Origin: an uncultured Gammaproteobacteria bacterium
GTDB taxonomy: Bacteria > Patescibacteriota > Microgenomatia > Levybacterales > UBA12049
DNA length: 64,000 bases
Direction: 5' to 3'
Assembly: GCA_964474445.1 (NCBI GenBank)
Contig: CAYYSJ010000005.1
Coordinates: forward strand, 17,835 to 81,834
Shown: positions 12,142-22,466 of the stretch, piece after piece
How the letters are laid out: every line of letters begins with the position of its first letter
Numbering within the stretch: the stretch's first letter is position 1
Made by a program: the position numbers and the translations under genes
The notes under the pieces: model-generated
Databases searched by the model: none
Told to the model about the DNA's origin: nothing
The model's input: the letters and a program-made list of their open reading frames with translations, nothing else

Positions 12142-12651
12142 CTATGCAACAGTAACACGCCTTTTAGAGATACCTTCTTTGTTAAGAGCTTTTGCAATGC
12201 GAGTTTCTAGGTCAGAGTTCATGGGATTTTTGTATCCATCCTTTCCCCTTGCAGCTACCTCTTGTTGAGCAAGGGAAATCCCAAGTCGTCTTGCCATATG
12301 GAAAGGATAGTGAAGATCCCCGTCATGCATCTCACCGAGCGCTTCTTGCAGAATTGTTGGTGTCAAATAGAGCGAGAGTGTGACGTATGTACGTGCGCTT
12401 TGCTCAAGTTTTGCGGCTAGTTTTTTTTCTCCCTGTTTTCTATATGTAAGCGCAGCTGTTGCTTGTAAACATGCTTTTTGAAATAGATAGTGCCCTGCAA
12501 CTGTGTCAATATGCCTATCAGGAACGAGACGACGATAGCCGCTTATAGTAAGCATACGAGTTACATATGCTTCTGTTTGCTCTTTCAGTCTTTGTGTTTG
12601 TGGACGTAACCCCCCTCGATTGGCAACACTCCCCTCAACCATGCCAAACAT
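12142..12651 (-). CDS. Hypothetical protein (169 aa)
   Basis: Intact ORF between gyrB and dacA. No confident domain. Confidence 0.35.
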   Translation of the reverse strand: MFGMVEGSVANRGGLRPQTQRLKEQTEAYVTRMLTISGYRRLVPDRHIDTVAGHYLFQKACLQATAALTYRKQGEKKLAAKLEQSARTYVTLSLYLTPTILQEALGEMHDGDLHYPFHMARRLGISLAQQEVAARGKDGYKNPMNSDLETRIAKALNKEGISKRRVTVA

Positions 12652-12817
12652 GCTAATGGAATCTTTTCAAAAGCAAGCAAGAGAACAGTAAGAAGTCGGC
12701 AAGATAGGAAAAATATTCCTTTGTAAGAAAATGATAAGGTGATTCTCACAAAATTCGTAAGATAGGCTATCTTGTCTGCCGGTATCTTTATAATCTTGTT
12801 TCCCCTTCCCTGTTGCC

Positions 12818-13894
12818 TTGCTTGAAGTAGTCTATGACCTTTGGTATGGTCATAGACAAATGAAACGTATTAGTACAATCCTTTCTATCGTGGTACTTCT
12901 TTTTCTTCAGTTACACTCTGTAGAATTAGCAAAATCTGTTGCAAAATCAACCACTTCCCTCTTCCCTGCTCCGCAAAAGCAGTTAACATGGAATGCTGTG
13001 CAAAAAAAATTAGCAGTACAAAAAGATACCTATTCCTTGCATTATTCCTCCTCCCTTATTCCAACAGCTCATGCTGCAAGTATCTATGACAATGCGTCTT
13101 CGTATATAACAATTGATTATCAAAGTGGTGACGTATTACTACAGAAAAATCCTGATGCTTCTGTTCCAATAGCATCTCTAACAAAAATTATGACTGCTAT
13201 TGTTGCATTGGATTTGATGACACCACAAGAACAGATAACCATTTCTCAAAACGCTCCGACTGTTGTTCCAACAAAAATAGGAGTTGATAGTGGCGAGCGA
13301 ATGAGCCTTTCGGATTTGCTCCAAGCAATGCTGATGTATTCGGCAAATGATGCAGCGCAAGCGGTTCATGATGGTGTCAATGAAAGATATAGTCAACCTT
13401 TGTTTATTCAAGCAATGAATGAAAAAGCACAGTTGTTAGGACTTACTCATACACATTTTGCAAATCCACAGGGGTTTGATGATCCCAATAATTATAGTAG
13501 CGCTGCCGATTTAGCAGTATTATCTCACTATGCACTGAGTCACTATCCACTTATTGCCCAAATAGTTAGTCAAGATTATACCGTTGAACCTGCAACAGCT
13601 GCACATAAAGCATATGATTTACCAAATTGGAACGGTCTTCTGGGAGTATACCCTGGGGTGAGTGGGATAAAAATTGGTAATACAGAAAATGCTGGTTATA
13701 CAACAGTTGTTGCATCAGAGCGAGATGGTAAAAAAGTGTTGGCAGTTGTTTTAGGAACACCTGGGATATTACAGCGAGATGAGTGGACTGCTACACTTCT
13801 GGATGACACCTTTGCACAAGAATACAATTTGCCACCCGTGAATATTACTCCTTCACAGCTTCAGGCAAAGTATGCAAGCTGGTATCAACAGTAA
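12818..13894 (+). CDS. D-alanyl-D-alanine carboxypeptidase (serine-type, PBP5/DacA-like) with a signal peptide/TM
   Basis: N-terminal hydrophobic segment. SxxK (IASLTKIM), SxN (YSANDAA) and KxG (IKIGNT) active-site motifs. Confidence 0.75.
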   Translation: MLEVVYDLWYGHRQMKRISTILSIVVLLFLQLHSVELAKSVAKSTTSLFPAPQKQLTWNAVQKKLAVQKDTYSLHYSSSLIPTAHAASIYDNASSYITIDYQSGDVLLQKNPDASVPIASLTKIMTAIVALDLMTPQEQITISQNAPTVVPTKIGVDSGERMSLSDLLQAMLMYSANDAAQAVHDGVNERYSQPLFIQAMNEKAQLLGLTHTHFANPQGFDDPNNYSSAADLAVLSHYALSHYPLIAQIVSQDYTVEPATAAHKAYDLPNWNGLLGVYPGVSGIKIGNTENAGYTTVVASERDGKKVLAVVLGTPGILQRDEWTATLLDDTFAQEYNLPPVNITPSQLQAKYASWYQQ

Positions 13895-14204
13895 TCTGTT
13901 GTATGGGCTTGTTGAAATTTTTACTGAGATATAGAACGCTGGCAAGAAGAAGCTCTGCCACCCATTCCCCAAGAACTCCACAGGCAAGTGTTCCGTAGAG
14001 AAAACAGGTAAGTATTGCCCCAGCAAATAAATAGCTACCAAAAAGAGAAGAGATGAAGAGAAGAAGAATGATAATAGATTGTTCGATATGGTGTGCCATG
14101 TTTTTGTGCCAAAATTTGCCTATGAGTACTCCGATAGAAAGAAAAAGAAATATGGTGGGAAGGGTTATCCCATATTGGGCAAGTTCCATAGTCCTATCTT
14201 GCAA
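13845..14204 (-). CDS. Small integral membrane protein (hypothetical)
   Basis: Three or four hydrophobic helices. Overlaps the dacA 3' end by about 50 nt on the opposite strand, so the call is weak. Confidence 0.25.
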   Translation of the reverse strand: MQDRTMELAQYGITLPTIFLFLSIGVLIGKFWHKNMAHHIEQSIIILLLFISSLFGSYLFAGAILTCFLYGTLACGVLGEWVAELLLASVLYLSKNFNKPIQQITVDTSLHTLPEAVKE

Positions 14205-14268
14205 AAGCTTTACAAAAAAAAGCTATGGGTTAGTTAAGAATTTGGTAAGGAAGCTCTCTCTTGGTTTG

Positions 14269-14538
14269 TTAATTTCCTCTTTTGTTTCCCTCTTGGGCTC
14301 CTCCATCGATCATTGTTAACAGTTTTCCTAACTCTTTGACAAGCTTTTTTGCATGTTCTTGACTCATACCGATTCGTGCAACAACATTGGATTGATTTGA
14401 AGATCCGATTCGTTGTGCGATATCAAGAACTACCCCCTCTTCGCTGGTATTGATGATAACATTGTCTGTGTATAAAACAGGAGTTGTCACTGGATTAATG
14501 TTCACTGCAACTTGTTGCTGATTCGTTTCATTTGCCAT
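14269..14538 (-). CDS. DUF3467-like small protein
   Basis: LYTDNVIINTSEEGVVLDIAQ ... VVARIGMSQEHAKKLVKEL resembles the DUF3467 family pattern. Confidence 0.4.
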   Translation of the reverse strand: MANETNQQQVAVNINPVTTPVLYTDNVIINTSEEGVVLDIAQRIGSSNQSNVVARIGMSQEHAKKLVKELGKLLTMIDGGAQEGNKRGN

Positions 14539-14611
14539 GATCTCACCTCCTTTCGTGAAAGTAGTAGAGAAAAATTATCTATCTTCCTCGTTAGATAATT
14601 GTAACAGAAAG

Positions 14612-14947
14612 TTAGGGAGTGGTTCTTCTATATTCACAGGTTACTCTATGTCCACAAACACCGCAGTTATCTGTTATTACTCGTGGTTGAGTAGTTGGGC
14701 CAAGGGCAGTAAATATGGTCACAGCTTCATCTACGACACAGGAGGCATTGGGAACCTGTTGACGAAGTATGTCTAGTGCTTTTCCTGTAACGGGACGAGC
14801 AACAAATGCAGCTTCAACTGCATATCCAGATACTTGATCTAAAGGAATAGTGACTGTTTGGTTTAAGGCGTTAATATCTCCTTGACTATCGACTGGAAAA
14901 GTCTTTAAAGGGTAGGCCTCACAATCTGGTCTCCTTGGGGAAGTCAT
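14612..14947 (-). CDS. Hypothetical protein with a C-terminal CxxC...C metal-binding-like motif
   Basis: DNCGVCGHRVTCEY at the C-terminus. No confident family. Confidence 0.35.
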   Translation of the reverse strand: MTSPRRPDCEAYPLKTFPVDSQGDINALNQTVTIPLDQVSGYAVEAAFVARPVTGKALDILRQQVPNASCVVDEAVTIFTALGPTTQPRVITDNCGVCGHRVTCEYRRTTP

Positions 14948-14978
14948 AAAAAGAGTATAGCGTAAACTACTCTAGGAT

Positions 14979-15605
14979 TCAATATGTGGGAGTATTTTCC
15001 AAACTTCTCCATAAATACCAACACGCAGCACTTCTATACGGTTTCCAGTTCTCAGAGAGTGTAAGCATTTCTTTTTGGTCTGTTATGCCATACAGTTTGG
15101 TGATAGCATTTCGTAGTCCTAGATCACCAATAGAAAAAACATCTGGCCTCATGAGCGTAAAAATGAGAATCATTTGTGCAGTCCACTTTCCCACTCCTCG
15201 GATTTGGGTGAGAGTGGTAATCACTTCTTCATCAGTCATTTTTTGTATTTTTTGTACGTCTAAAAGGTCTGAGACGAATGCATCAGCAACACTTTTCATG
15301 TAGGAAATTTTTTGAAAAGAAATACCTGCTGTTCGTAAGGTTTCATCCGGCATATCTAAGACTTCCTGAGGGGTGGGACAAGGAAGAGATGCTGAATCAA
15401 GTTCAGAATGGTGATTCGTAAAAAGGTTTTTAAATCTGTTATAGATAGTATCCGCTGCTTTTATAGACAGTTGTTGAGAGATAATTGATTCAATAAGGTC
15501 TTCATACAAATATGCACTCCTGTCTTTGAAGTTTGGTGCAGGATAAGTAGAGATAAGGTTATTTAAAATGGTGTCTGAAAAAGAAAAGGTATGTGATTGT
15601 TTCAT
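14979..15605 (-). CDS. alkA: DNA-3-methyladenine glycosylase II (HhH-GPD family)
   Basis: HhH-GPD motif LTQIRGVGKWTAQMILIFTLMRPDVFSIGDLGLRNAI with the catalytic Asp. Confidence 0.75.
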   Translation of the reverse strand: MKQSHTFSFSDTILNNLISTYPAPNFKDRSAYLYEDLIESIISQQLSIKAADTIYNRFKNLFTNHHSELDSASLPCPTPQEVLDMPDETLRTAGISFQKISYMKSVADAFVSDLLDVQKIQKMTDEEVITTLTQIRGVGKWTAQMILIFTLMRPDVFSIGDLGLRNAITKLYGITDQKEMLTLSENWKPYRSAACWYLWRSLENTPTY

Positions 15606-15607
15606 TG

Positions 15608-16267
15608 CTATATCGTCAGAAAGGTATGCTCTAAGAGAAGTCGAAGGTTAACATTTGTTGTTTGGAGAATGGTGTATGCTTCTTGAAATTGTTGCAAAAC
15701 TCGTGCCACTTCCCCACTCTCATGCAAGTTTTCAAGGAGCTTTTTGTGTACTATTTGTATCATTGTTTCAAGCCATTCTTGTGCTTTTTGCTTATCTGAA
15801 GATAGGGTTTCTGCTAATGCAAGCTTATATGAAATATCTTCTTGGATCAGTTGTTGATATTGGGTGATAAATGCTTGTTGTGTCTCTTCTTCTATATCTT
15901 TTGTTTCTTCCTGAAGGACAAGAAGCTTACACCTTGAGAGAATTGTTGGAAGGAATGCATTGCTCGTTGATGAAGAAAGGAAAAAATAGGTATGCAGTGG
16001 TGGCTCTTCTAGAATTTTTAAAAGCGCATTTTGTGCTTCTGGTGTAAGAGTCTGGGCATTTTCAAAGACGATAAGCTTTTTTTCTCCTTTCAGGGGTTTG
16101 AAGTAGAGTGTTTTTTGCATATCACGAATCATTTCTATTCCAATAGAGGATGTTTCTGTGGAAATAACTGTTTGGTCAAATGGACTAATATGTTCTTTTG
16201 TAGAAAACGTGTCAATGTAGTTTTTTCGATTGTTTGGGTTTTTTGCAATAATGATAAAGCTATTCAT
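15608..16267 (-). CDS. holB: DNA polymerase III delta-prime subunit (short form; start refined to ATG 16267)
   Basis: LLKILEEPP...ILSRC clamp-loader delta-prime signature. A longer start at 16336 would overlap the divergent pilB start. Confidence 0.65.
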   Translation of the reverse strand: MNSFIIIAKNPNNRKNYIDTFSTKEHISPFDQTVISTETSSIGIEMIRDMQKTLYFKPLKGEKKLIVFENAQTLTPEAQNALLKILEEPPLHTYFFLSSSTSNAFLPTILSRCKLLVLQEETKDIEEETQQAFITQYQQLIQEDISYKLALAETLSSDKQKAQEWLETMIQIVHKKLLENLHESGEVARVLQQFQEAYTILQTTNVNLRLLLEHTFLTI

Positions 16268-16315
16268 ATGGTCTTTCCTTGACATTCTATCACTCCCTCG
16301 CCTACTATAAAAGTA

Positions 16316-18262
16316 ATGCCCGATCAAATTGTCCAATCACCAGCGGGAGTAGTACCTGTTGGTGATGTTTCTGCTACGCAAGTTCCCATTGATGGGAGTG
16401 TTCCAGGAGTTCTTCCAAGTGATCCCTCCCTTCCAGTTGTCCAAGATGCAACAGTCTCTCTTGATGCTGTTACTCCTCCAGCCCCTTCTGTAAGTACTAC
16501 GGCATCTACAGAGCCACCAGCTCTTGATTCTGTTCGCGAGTTCTATTCAGCATCTCCAGGATCACAATCTATTTTAGACATTTTGCTTGAAGAAAAATTA
16601 CTGACCCCCGCTCAGGCGGATGAAGTCAGAGTGGAAAGTGCAACACAAAATAAATCTATTGAGTCTGTCCTAGTTGATAAGCAAATTGTCACAAGTGAAA
16701 AAATTGCTGAGGCAAAAGCAAAGATGCTTGGTGTTCCGTATCTGTCACTTGCCACAGCCTCATTCTCACCTGAAGCACTGAACTTTATTCCTCGTGCTGT
16801 TGTTGAACGGTTCCAGTTAATTCCCTTCATGTATGACGATACAACGAAGACGTTATCCGTTGCAATGGCAAATCCTGTGGATCTAGAAGCACAGCAATTT
16901 GTCCGTCAGAAAACAGGCCTTACGATCAAAACCTATGCTGCATCTCCTGAAGAAGTAAAAAATGCAATTGATGTGCAATATCGTCAGGAGTTAGTTGGAG
17001 AAGTTGGGAAAGCAGTAAAAGAAACAGAAGAATTAAAGCAAGAAAATCAAGCAAAAACAATAAATGCTGACCAAATTGGACAAATTATCAAAGAAGCTCC
17101 GATTGCAAAAATTGTTGCGACAATTCTTGAGTATGCTGTTACCTCTCGAGCTTCTGATGTACATATTGAGCCGATGGAAGATAGAGTTCGTGTTCGCTAT
17201 CGTATCGATGGTATTTTATATGACAGACTTTCATTGCCAAAGACAGTACAAGAAGCAGTTATTTCTCGTATTAAAGTATTATCAGAAATGAAAATTGATG
17301 AACACCGAACTCCTCAAGATGGTCGTTTTAATTTTAAATCTGGCAATGAAGAAGTCGACCTTCGTATTTCTGTGTTACCAACAGTGAATGGTGAAAAAAT
17401 CGTTATGCGTTTGCTCAAAAAATCGGGAGGTATTCCAACATTGCCTGAATTGGGACTCGCTGGTATCTCTCTCAAAGAACTTGAGACAGCAATCTTACGA
17501 CCTCACGGTATTATTTTGGTTACTGGTCCTACGGGCTCTGGAAAAACAACAACGCTGTATGCTGTGCTATCAAAGCTTAATACCACACGGGTGAATATCG
17601 TGTCCTTGGAAGATCCTGTCGAATACCAAATTGCTGGAGTAAATCAGGTACAAATAAACCCGGCAGTCGGACTTACTTTTGCTTCAGGTCTGAGATCTTT
17701 TTTACGACAAGATCCAAATATCATTCTTGTCGGAGAAATCCGAGATGGTGAAACAGCTGATCTTGCAATTCAAGCAGCCTTGACGGGCCATTTAGTGTTC
17801 TCAACCCTCCATACCTCAGATGCCGCTGGAGCTCTTCCTCGTCTGTTGGATTTAGGAGCAGAAACATTCCTGCTTGCCTCAACCATTACTGCTGTGATGG
17901 GACAAAGAATTACCAGAAAAATTTGTGACCATTGTAAAGCACCGTACACTCCTGCACCACAACTTGTCGAAGAGATCAGAACAATTTTGGGTCCTCTGAT
18001 GCCTCCAGGTGAAGTGAAATTGTATCGAGGAAAAGGATGCAGTGAATGCGGGGATTCGGGGTATATAGGAAGAATTGGTATTTTTGAAGTGTTGACCGTT
18101 ACAGATAGTGTAGCGCATTTAGTGTTGCAGCGAGCAGATGCTGAAACAATAGAAAAGCAAGCTGTTGCAGAAGGAATGATCACCATGAAGCAAGATGGAT
18201 ATCTAAAAGCACTTGCAGGAGTGACAAGCATTGAAGAAGTATTGCGAGTTGCTCAGGAATAA
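16316..18262 (+). CDS. pilB: Type IV pilus assembly ATPase PilB (GspE family)
   Basis: N-terminal GSPII_E_N domain. Walker A VTGPTGSGKTT. C-terminal tetracysteine CDHC...CSEC. Confidence 0.9.
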   Translation: MPDQIVQSPAGVVPVGDVSATQVPIDGSVPGVLPSDPSLPVVQDATVSLDAVTPPAPSVSTTASTEPPALDSVREFYSASPGSQSILDILLEEKLLTPAQADEVRVESATQNKSIESVLVDKQIVTSEKIAEAKAKMLGVPYLSLATASFSPEALNFIPRAVVERFQLIPFMYDDTTKTLSVAMANPVDLEAQQFVRQKTGLTIKTYAASPEEVKNAIDVQYRQELVGEVGKAVKETEELKQENQAKTINADQIGQIIKEAPIAKIVATILEYAVTSRASDVHIEPMEDRVRVRYRIDGILYDRLSLPKTVQEAVISRIKVLSEMKIDEHRTPQDGRFNFKSGNEEVDLRISVLPTVNGEKIVMRLLKKSGGIPTLPELGLAGISLKELETAILRPHGIILVTGPTGSGKTTTLYAVLSKLNTTRVNIVSLEDPVEYQIAGVNQVQINPAVGLTFASGLRSFLRQDPNIILVGEIRDGETADLAIQAALTGHLVFSTLHTSDAAGALPRLLDLGAETFLLASTITAVMGQRITRKICDHCKAPYTPAPQLVEEIRTILGPLMPPGEVKLYRGKGCSECGDSGYIGRIGIFEVLTVTDSVAHLVLQRADAETIEKQAVAEGMITMKQDGYLKALAGVTSIEEVLRVAQE

Positions 18263-18316
18263 CAATTACTAGTAACTCCCGTAGAAAAACTTTACAATAA
18301 AATAAAGGGACAATAT

Positions 18317-19384
18317 ATGGATTTACAACAATTACTCGATTTAGTAGTGAAAAATAATGCATCTGACTTGCATTTGATGCCAGGTCTTCCCCCTGCAATA
18401 CGAATTGATGGAATGTTGCAATACGTCTCTTCACTCCCTTCTATGAGCAGTGAAAGTGTCCAGAGTATGATATTTACCCTTCTAAATCCTGAGCAAAAAG
18501 ACTTATTAACAGCAAACAAAGAGTTAGACTTTTCTATGCCCTATGGGGGAGGAATTTATGGACAATTAGGAAGGTTTCGTGTTAATGCATATTTTCAAAG
18601 AGGACAATTATGTGCAGCGTTTCGATTCTTGCCAAAAAGCATTAAAACAATAGAAGAGTTACGCCTTCCTCAAATTTGTCATACGTTTGCTAATCTTCGT
18701 CAAGGATTTGTTCTTGTTACCGGGCCAACAGGTCAAGGGAAATCAACAACCCTTGCATCAATGATTAATGAGATTAATATGACCAGATCTTCTCATATTT
18801 TAACGATTGAAGACCCAATTGAATATGTTTATCCAAATGGAAAAAGTATTATTTCCCAACGAGAGATGAAAACTGATACTCATTCATGGACCATGGCACT
18901 TCGTTCTGCTCTTCGTGAAGATCCTGACGTTGTGCTCATTGGAGAAATGAGAGACCCTGATACAATGCAGGCAGCAATGACCATTGCTGAGACAGGCCAC
19001 TTAGTGTTTTCAACACTTCACACAAATTCTGCTGCTCAAAGTATTGATCGTATTATTGATTCCTTTCCTGAACATCAGCAGGGACAAATTCGCACACAGC
19101 TTTCCTTTACCTTGAAAGGTATTCTTTCACAACGACTGATTCCGCAAATTAGTGGCGGGAGAATCCCAGCGGTTGAAGTATTAGTTGGAACGCCAGCTGT
19201 TGCAAGTAATATTCGGGATGGGAAAACCCATTTGATTGATTCAATCATTCAGACATCTCAAGATGTTGGTATGGTGACACTTGATTATTCGTTATCCCAA
19301 CTGGTACTTTCAGGTGCAATCAGTCTTGATACTGCAAAATCATATAGCCTGCATCCTGACGAGTTATTGAGGATGGTTGGGTAA
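18317..19384 (+). CDS. pilT: Twitching-motility/retraction ATPase PilT
   Basis: Walker A VTGPTGQGKSTT, PilT-type AIRExxDVVLIGEMRD motif. 355 aa. Confidence 0.9.
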   Translation: MDLQQLLDLVVKNNASDLHLMPGLPPAIRIDGMLQYVSSLPSMSSESVQSMIFTLLNPEQKDLLTANKELDFSMPYGGGIYGQLGRFRVNAYFQRGQLCAAFRFLPKSIKTIEELRLPQICHTFANLRQGFVLVTGPTGQGKSTTLASMINEINMTRSSHILTIEDPIEYVYPNGKSIISQREMKTDTHSWTMALRSALREDPDVVLIGEMRDPDTMQAAMTIAETGHLVFSTLHTNSAAQSIDRIIDSFPEHQQGQIRTQLSFTLKGILSQRLIPQISGGRIPAVEVLVGTPAVASNIRDGKTHLIDSIIQTSQDVGMVTLDYSLSQLVLSGAISLDTAKSYSLHPDELLRMVG

Positions 19385-19471
19385 AAGAAACATGAACCGT
19401 CAAGCATCAGCCGTTCAAGGATTTTTAGAAAAAACTATCCTCATACTCATCGGTTAAGGGTCTATGCTGTT

Positions 19472-20674
19472 ATGAAAGTACAATATCGTGCAACCACAAA
19501 AGACGGGAAAGTTGTTCAAGGAGTTTTAGAAGCAAAAGATACACAAGAAGCTGCATTTTTTCTACGTGGAAAAGAGATGCTTCCGCTGTCTCTTCGTCAA
19601 GTAGAACAAAAAGAAATACCTTTTGCTTCCCTTTTTAAAAAATCGAGTACATCTGATTTAGTCTTATTCACGAGACAATTATCATCGATCCTTTCATCAG
19701 GTCTGACACTGATGCAAGCATTAGCAATCCTCAAGGAACAAATACAAAATCCAGTGATGAGAGAAGTTGTTACTGGTATTATTGCTGATGTTCAGGAAGG
19801 AAAAACATTTGGAACTGCAATTGAAAAGTATCCAAACATTTTCAGCAAAATTTATATCGCACTTATTAAAGCTGCAGAATCTTCAGGTTTTTTGGATAAG
19901 GTATTACTCCGACTGGCTGATAATCTAGAAAAAGAACAAAAGTTAAAATCAACGATTAAATCAGCCCTCATGTATCCAATTATCGTTGTTATTTTGATGG
20001 TTGTTGTGATGTTTGTCATGATGATTTTTGTTATCCCACAACTGACTGTGTTGTATCAAAATTTAAATATTCCACTTCCCTTTACAACCCAAGTTCTTGT
20101 TACCGTTTCAAATCTTACTATTACCTTCTGGCCTATTGTTTTGGGAAGCATTGTTGCTATTGGTATTGCCTATCAACGATGGGTCAAAACTGACTCAGGA
20201 GAGTTGTTAACCGATGGATTGAAATTAAAAGTACCAGTGTTTGGCAAGCTTATTCGTCAAACAATTCTTGCTGAATTTTCTCGTACCTTTGGTCTTTTAG
20301 TTGGAGCAGGAACACTGGTTGTCCAGTCATTGAATGAGGCTGCTGATACATCCGGAAATAGGATTTATGAGAATGCGATCCAAGAAATTGCAAAACGTGT
20401 TGAGAAGGGAATTTCTATTGGAGATGCAATGGCAGCTTTTGATATCTTCCCTCCTATTCTCGTCCAAATGGTAAAAATTGGTGAACAGACTGGAAAACTA
20501 GATGAATCACTGTTAAAAGTCAGTGAATATTTTGAACGAGAAGTAGATGGGACAGTCAAGACATTAACAACAGCAATGGAACCATTTATCATGATTGTCT
20601 TAGGTGTTGGTGTTTCCTTCCTGATTATTTCTATTATTACGCCAATTTACAACCTTACCTCAAGTATTCAATAG
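19472..20674 (+). CDS. pilC: Type IV pilus inner-membrane platform protein PilC (GspF family)
   Basis: Two GspF repeats and three TM segments. 400 aa. Confidence 0.9.
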   Translation: MKVQYRATTKDGKVVQGVLEAKDTQEAAFFLRGKEMLPLSLRQVEQKEIPFASLFKKSSTSDLVLFTRQLSSILSSGLTLMQALAILKEQIQNPVMREVVTGIIADVQEGKTFGTAIEKYPNIFSKIYIALIKAAESSGFLDKVLLRLADNLEKEQKLKSTIKSALMYPIIVVILMVVVMFVMMIFVIPQLTVLYQNLNIPLPFTTQVLVTVSNLTITFWPIVLGSIVAIGIAYQRWVKTDSGELLTDGLKLKVPVFGKLIRQTILAEFSRTFGLLVGAGTLVVQSLNEAADTSGNRIYENAIQEIAKRVEKGISIGDAMAAFDIFPPILVQMVKIGEQTGKLDESLLKVSEYFEREVDGTVKTLTTAMEPFIMIVLGVGVSFLIISIITPIYNLTSSIQ

Positions 20675-20700
20675 TTAACTTCGTGGTCTGGGGCTAGGTT

Positions 20701-21171
20701 TTAAAAAGGTCTTCCCATCTCTTCAAGTTCTTTTATTCCTTCTATGGAGTGGATAATAGAATCGACTGCTACGTTTTCCCTATCTGCAATAATAAGTCCC
20801 TGAATAATATTTCGGGCTCTAATGGCATCCCTTTTTTTAAGATGACGAATACTCATTACCTGATTTTGGAATACTCGTCCAGGAAGAATATGCAGTGTTG
20901 CAAAAAAAAGACTGTGGTCGACTGAAAGATCGGAAATATGTTTAATAGGAACAGAATGAATTTGTGCTGATCCAAAAAAATCACGAATGATAACACTCAC
21001 TTTTTCACTATCAATAACCAGATCATCTGGGAAAAAATCAAAGGGAAAAACAGTTTTTGTTCGAAAGAGGACACACGAACATTTGCCCCTCAAGTGATCT
21101 ATCGTTTGTTTTTCTGAAGGGGTAAGAGGAAGTGACGTATCTCTGCGAAAAATGGTACCAGGTTGAAGCAT
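20701..21171 (-). CDS. Hypothetical protein (possible PH/PilZ-like beta-sandwich), start refined to 21171
   Basis: ORF convergent with pilC. aagga precedes the internal ATG. No confident motif. Confidence 0.3.
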   Translation of the reverse strand: MLQPGTIFRRDTSLPLTPSEKQTIDHLRGKCSCVLFRTKTVFPFDFFPDDLVIDSEKVSVIIRDFFGSAQIHSVPIKHISDLSVDHSLFFATLHILPGRVFQNQVMSIRHLKKRDAIRARNIIQGLIIADRENVAVDSIIHSIEGIKELEEMGRPF

Positions 21172-21296
21172 ACATATCCTTTCATACCTAATGATGTGAC
21201 ACGATTTTATAAAAACTATGTGGTAAATAGTGATGAAACATGTAGGAATAAGGGAGTTTACAAATTGGTAATTGCTTTCTATCATAAGAAGACATT

Positions 21297-22466
21297 ATGA
21301 GGAAGTTGTTCTTTATTGATTATGCATCACTGTTTCTGTTTTCTTTTGTTGTCACAATTACTGTGACGACATTTATCTATCCTCCCAGTAACCGTATGGA
21401 TTTTAGTATTTATCTTCTTGTTACAAAAGTTGCGCTTTTGCATAAATCGCTCTATCCATTATTTATTGACGGAGTTCTCTTTCCATATACTCACCCAACA
21501 AGTCTTACTCCATTTTTCTTTCCCTTTTTATTTCTCTCCCCTTCTCTTGCCGCAAGTGTATGGAATGCTCTTTCATTAGTGTGTTTGATTAGTGGCATCT
21601 TTTTTGTGATACGAAGTGTTCACCCGGTAAAACTTTCAACAATGCTTCTTATCCTTTCAAGTGTTCTTTTATTAGAACCTGTAAGAGAAAGTTTTCTTTT
21701 TGGTCAGAATAATTGTGTTGTATTATTGTTTGTGTTACTAGCATTTCTTTGTTCTAGGAAAAACAAATTTTCCTATCAAATCATAAGTGGTATATGTATT
21801 GGTATTGCCGCTTCTTTGAAATTATTTCCACTTTTTCTTCTTGTCTATTTTTTACTAAAAAAACAGTGGGTTAGTCTTATGGTGAGTCTTTTGATTTTTG
21901 TTTTTTTCCTACTCCTTGGAACATTTGGTCATGTTTCCTATATAGGGGAATACATGCAGTATGCGTTTGGTGTGATGGATTCTTCCCGTGTCCTCCCCGG
22001 TGATTACTCTTTATCATCATTACTATTTCTCTTTTTCCCTATGCCTTCTCTTCTGCGAATGATTTGTGTTAGTCTTTTCTCTATGCTGTTTATTGCAGTG
22101 TCTTTTTTTATTTGGAAAAAAGGAAGAAATGATGATCTGTCTGACTTTCTTTTTTTTAGTAGTATACTTGCTGTTACAATTCTTATGATCACACCACTAG
22201 CATGGGTGCATCATCTTGTCTTTCTTATTCCGTTTTGTCTGGGTCTTTTTCTCAAAGCACTCGAAACATCAGGCATACAAAGTAAGGTTATTTTTCTTGT
22301 CGCGTTTCTTCTCATATTTGTCAATTGGGAAGACTTTGTTATTTTTTTGCAAACACATGGAGCTGGATATATTCCGTTATTGTATTTTCATGCGTTATTT
22401 GGTTTGGGAGTGGTAATAATTGGAGAGCTTCTTTTACTTTCGTTTCAAAAGTTTGAAAAGAAGTAG
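21297..22466 (+). CDS. Polytopic membrane protein, probable GT-C glycosyltransferase (DUF2029/GT87-like)
   Basis: About 11 TM helices. Motifs GQNNCVVLL, GIAASLKLFPLFLL and PLAWVHHLVF resemble the DUF2029 (GT87) family. Confidence 0.4.
   Translation: MRKLFFIDYASLFLFSFVVTITVTTFIYPPSNRMDFSIYLLVTKVALLHKSLYPLFIDGVLFPYTHPTSLTPFFFPFLFLSPSLAASVWNALSLVCLISGIFFVIRSVHPVKLSTMLLILSSVLLLEPVRESFLFGQNNCVVLLFVLLAFLCSRKNKFSYQIISGICIGIAASLKLFPLFLLVYFLLKKQWVSLMVSLLIFVFFLLLGTFGHVSYIGEYMQYAFGVMDSSRVLPGDYSLSSLLFLFFPMPSLLRMICVSLFSMLFIAVSFFIWKKGRNDDLSDFLFFSSILAVTILMITPLAWVHHLVFLIPFCLGLFLKALETSGIQSKVIFLVAFLLIFVNWEDFVIFLQTHGAGYIPLLYFHALFGLGVVIIGELLLLSFQKFEKK

Noticed and set aside
12142-12651. Possible HEPN-type Rx4-6H motif (RLVPDRH) in the 169-aa hypothetical protein
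   Set aside because: A single short motif match without the helical context or a partner gene. Too weak to call.
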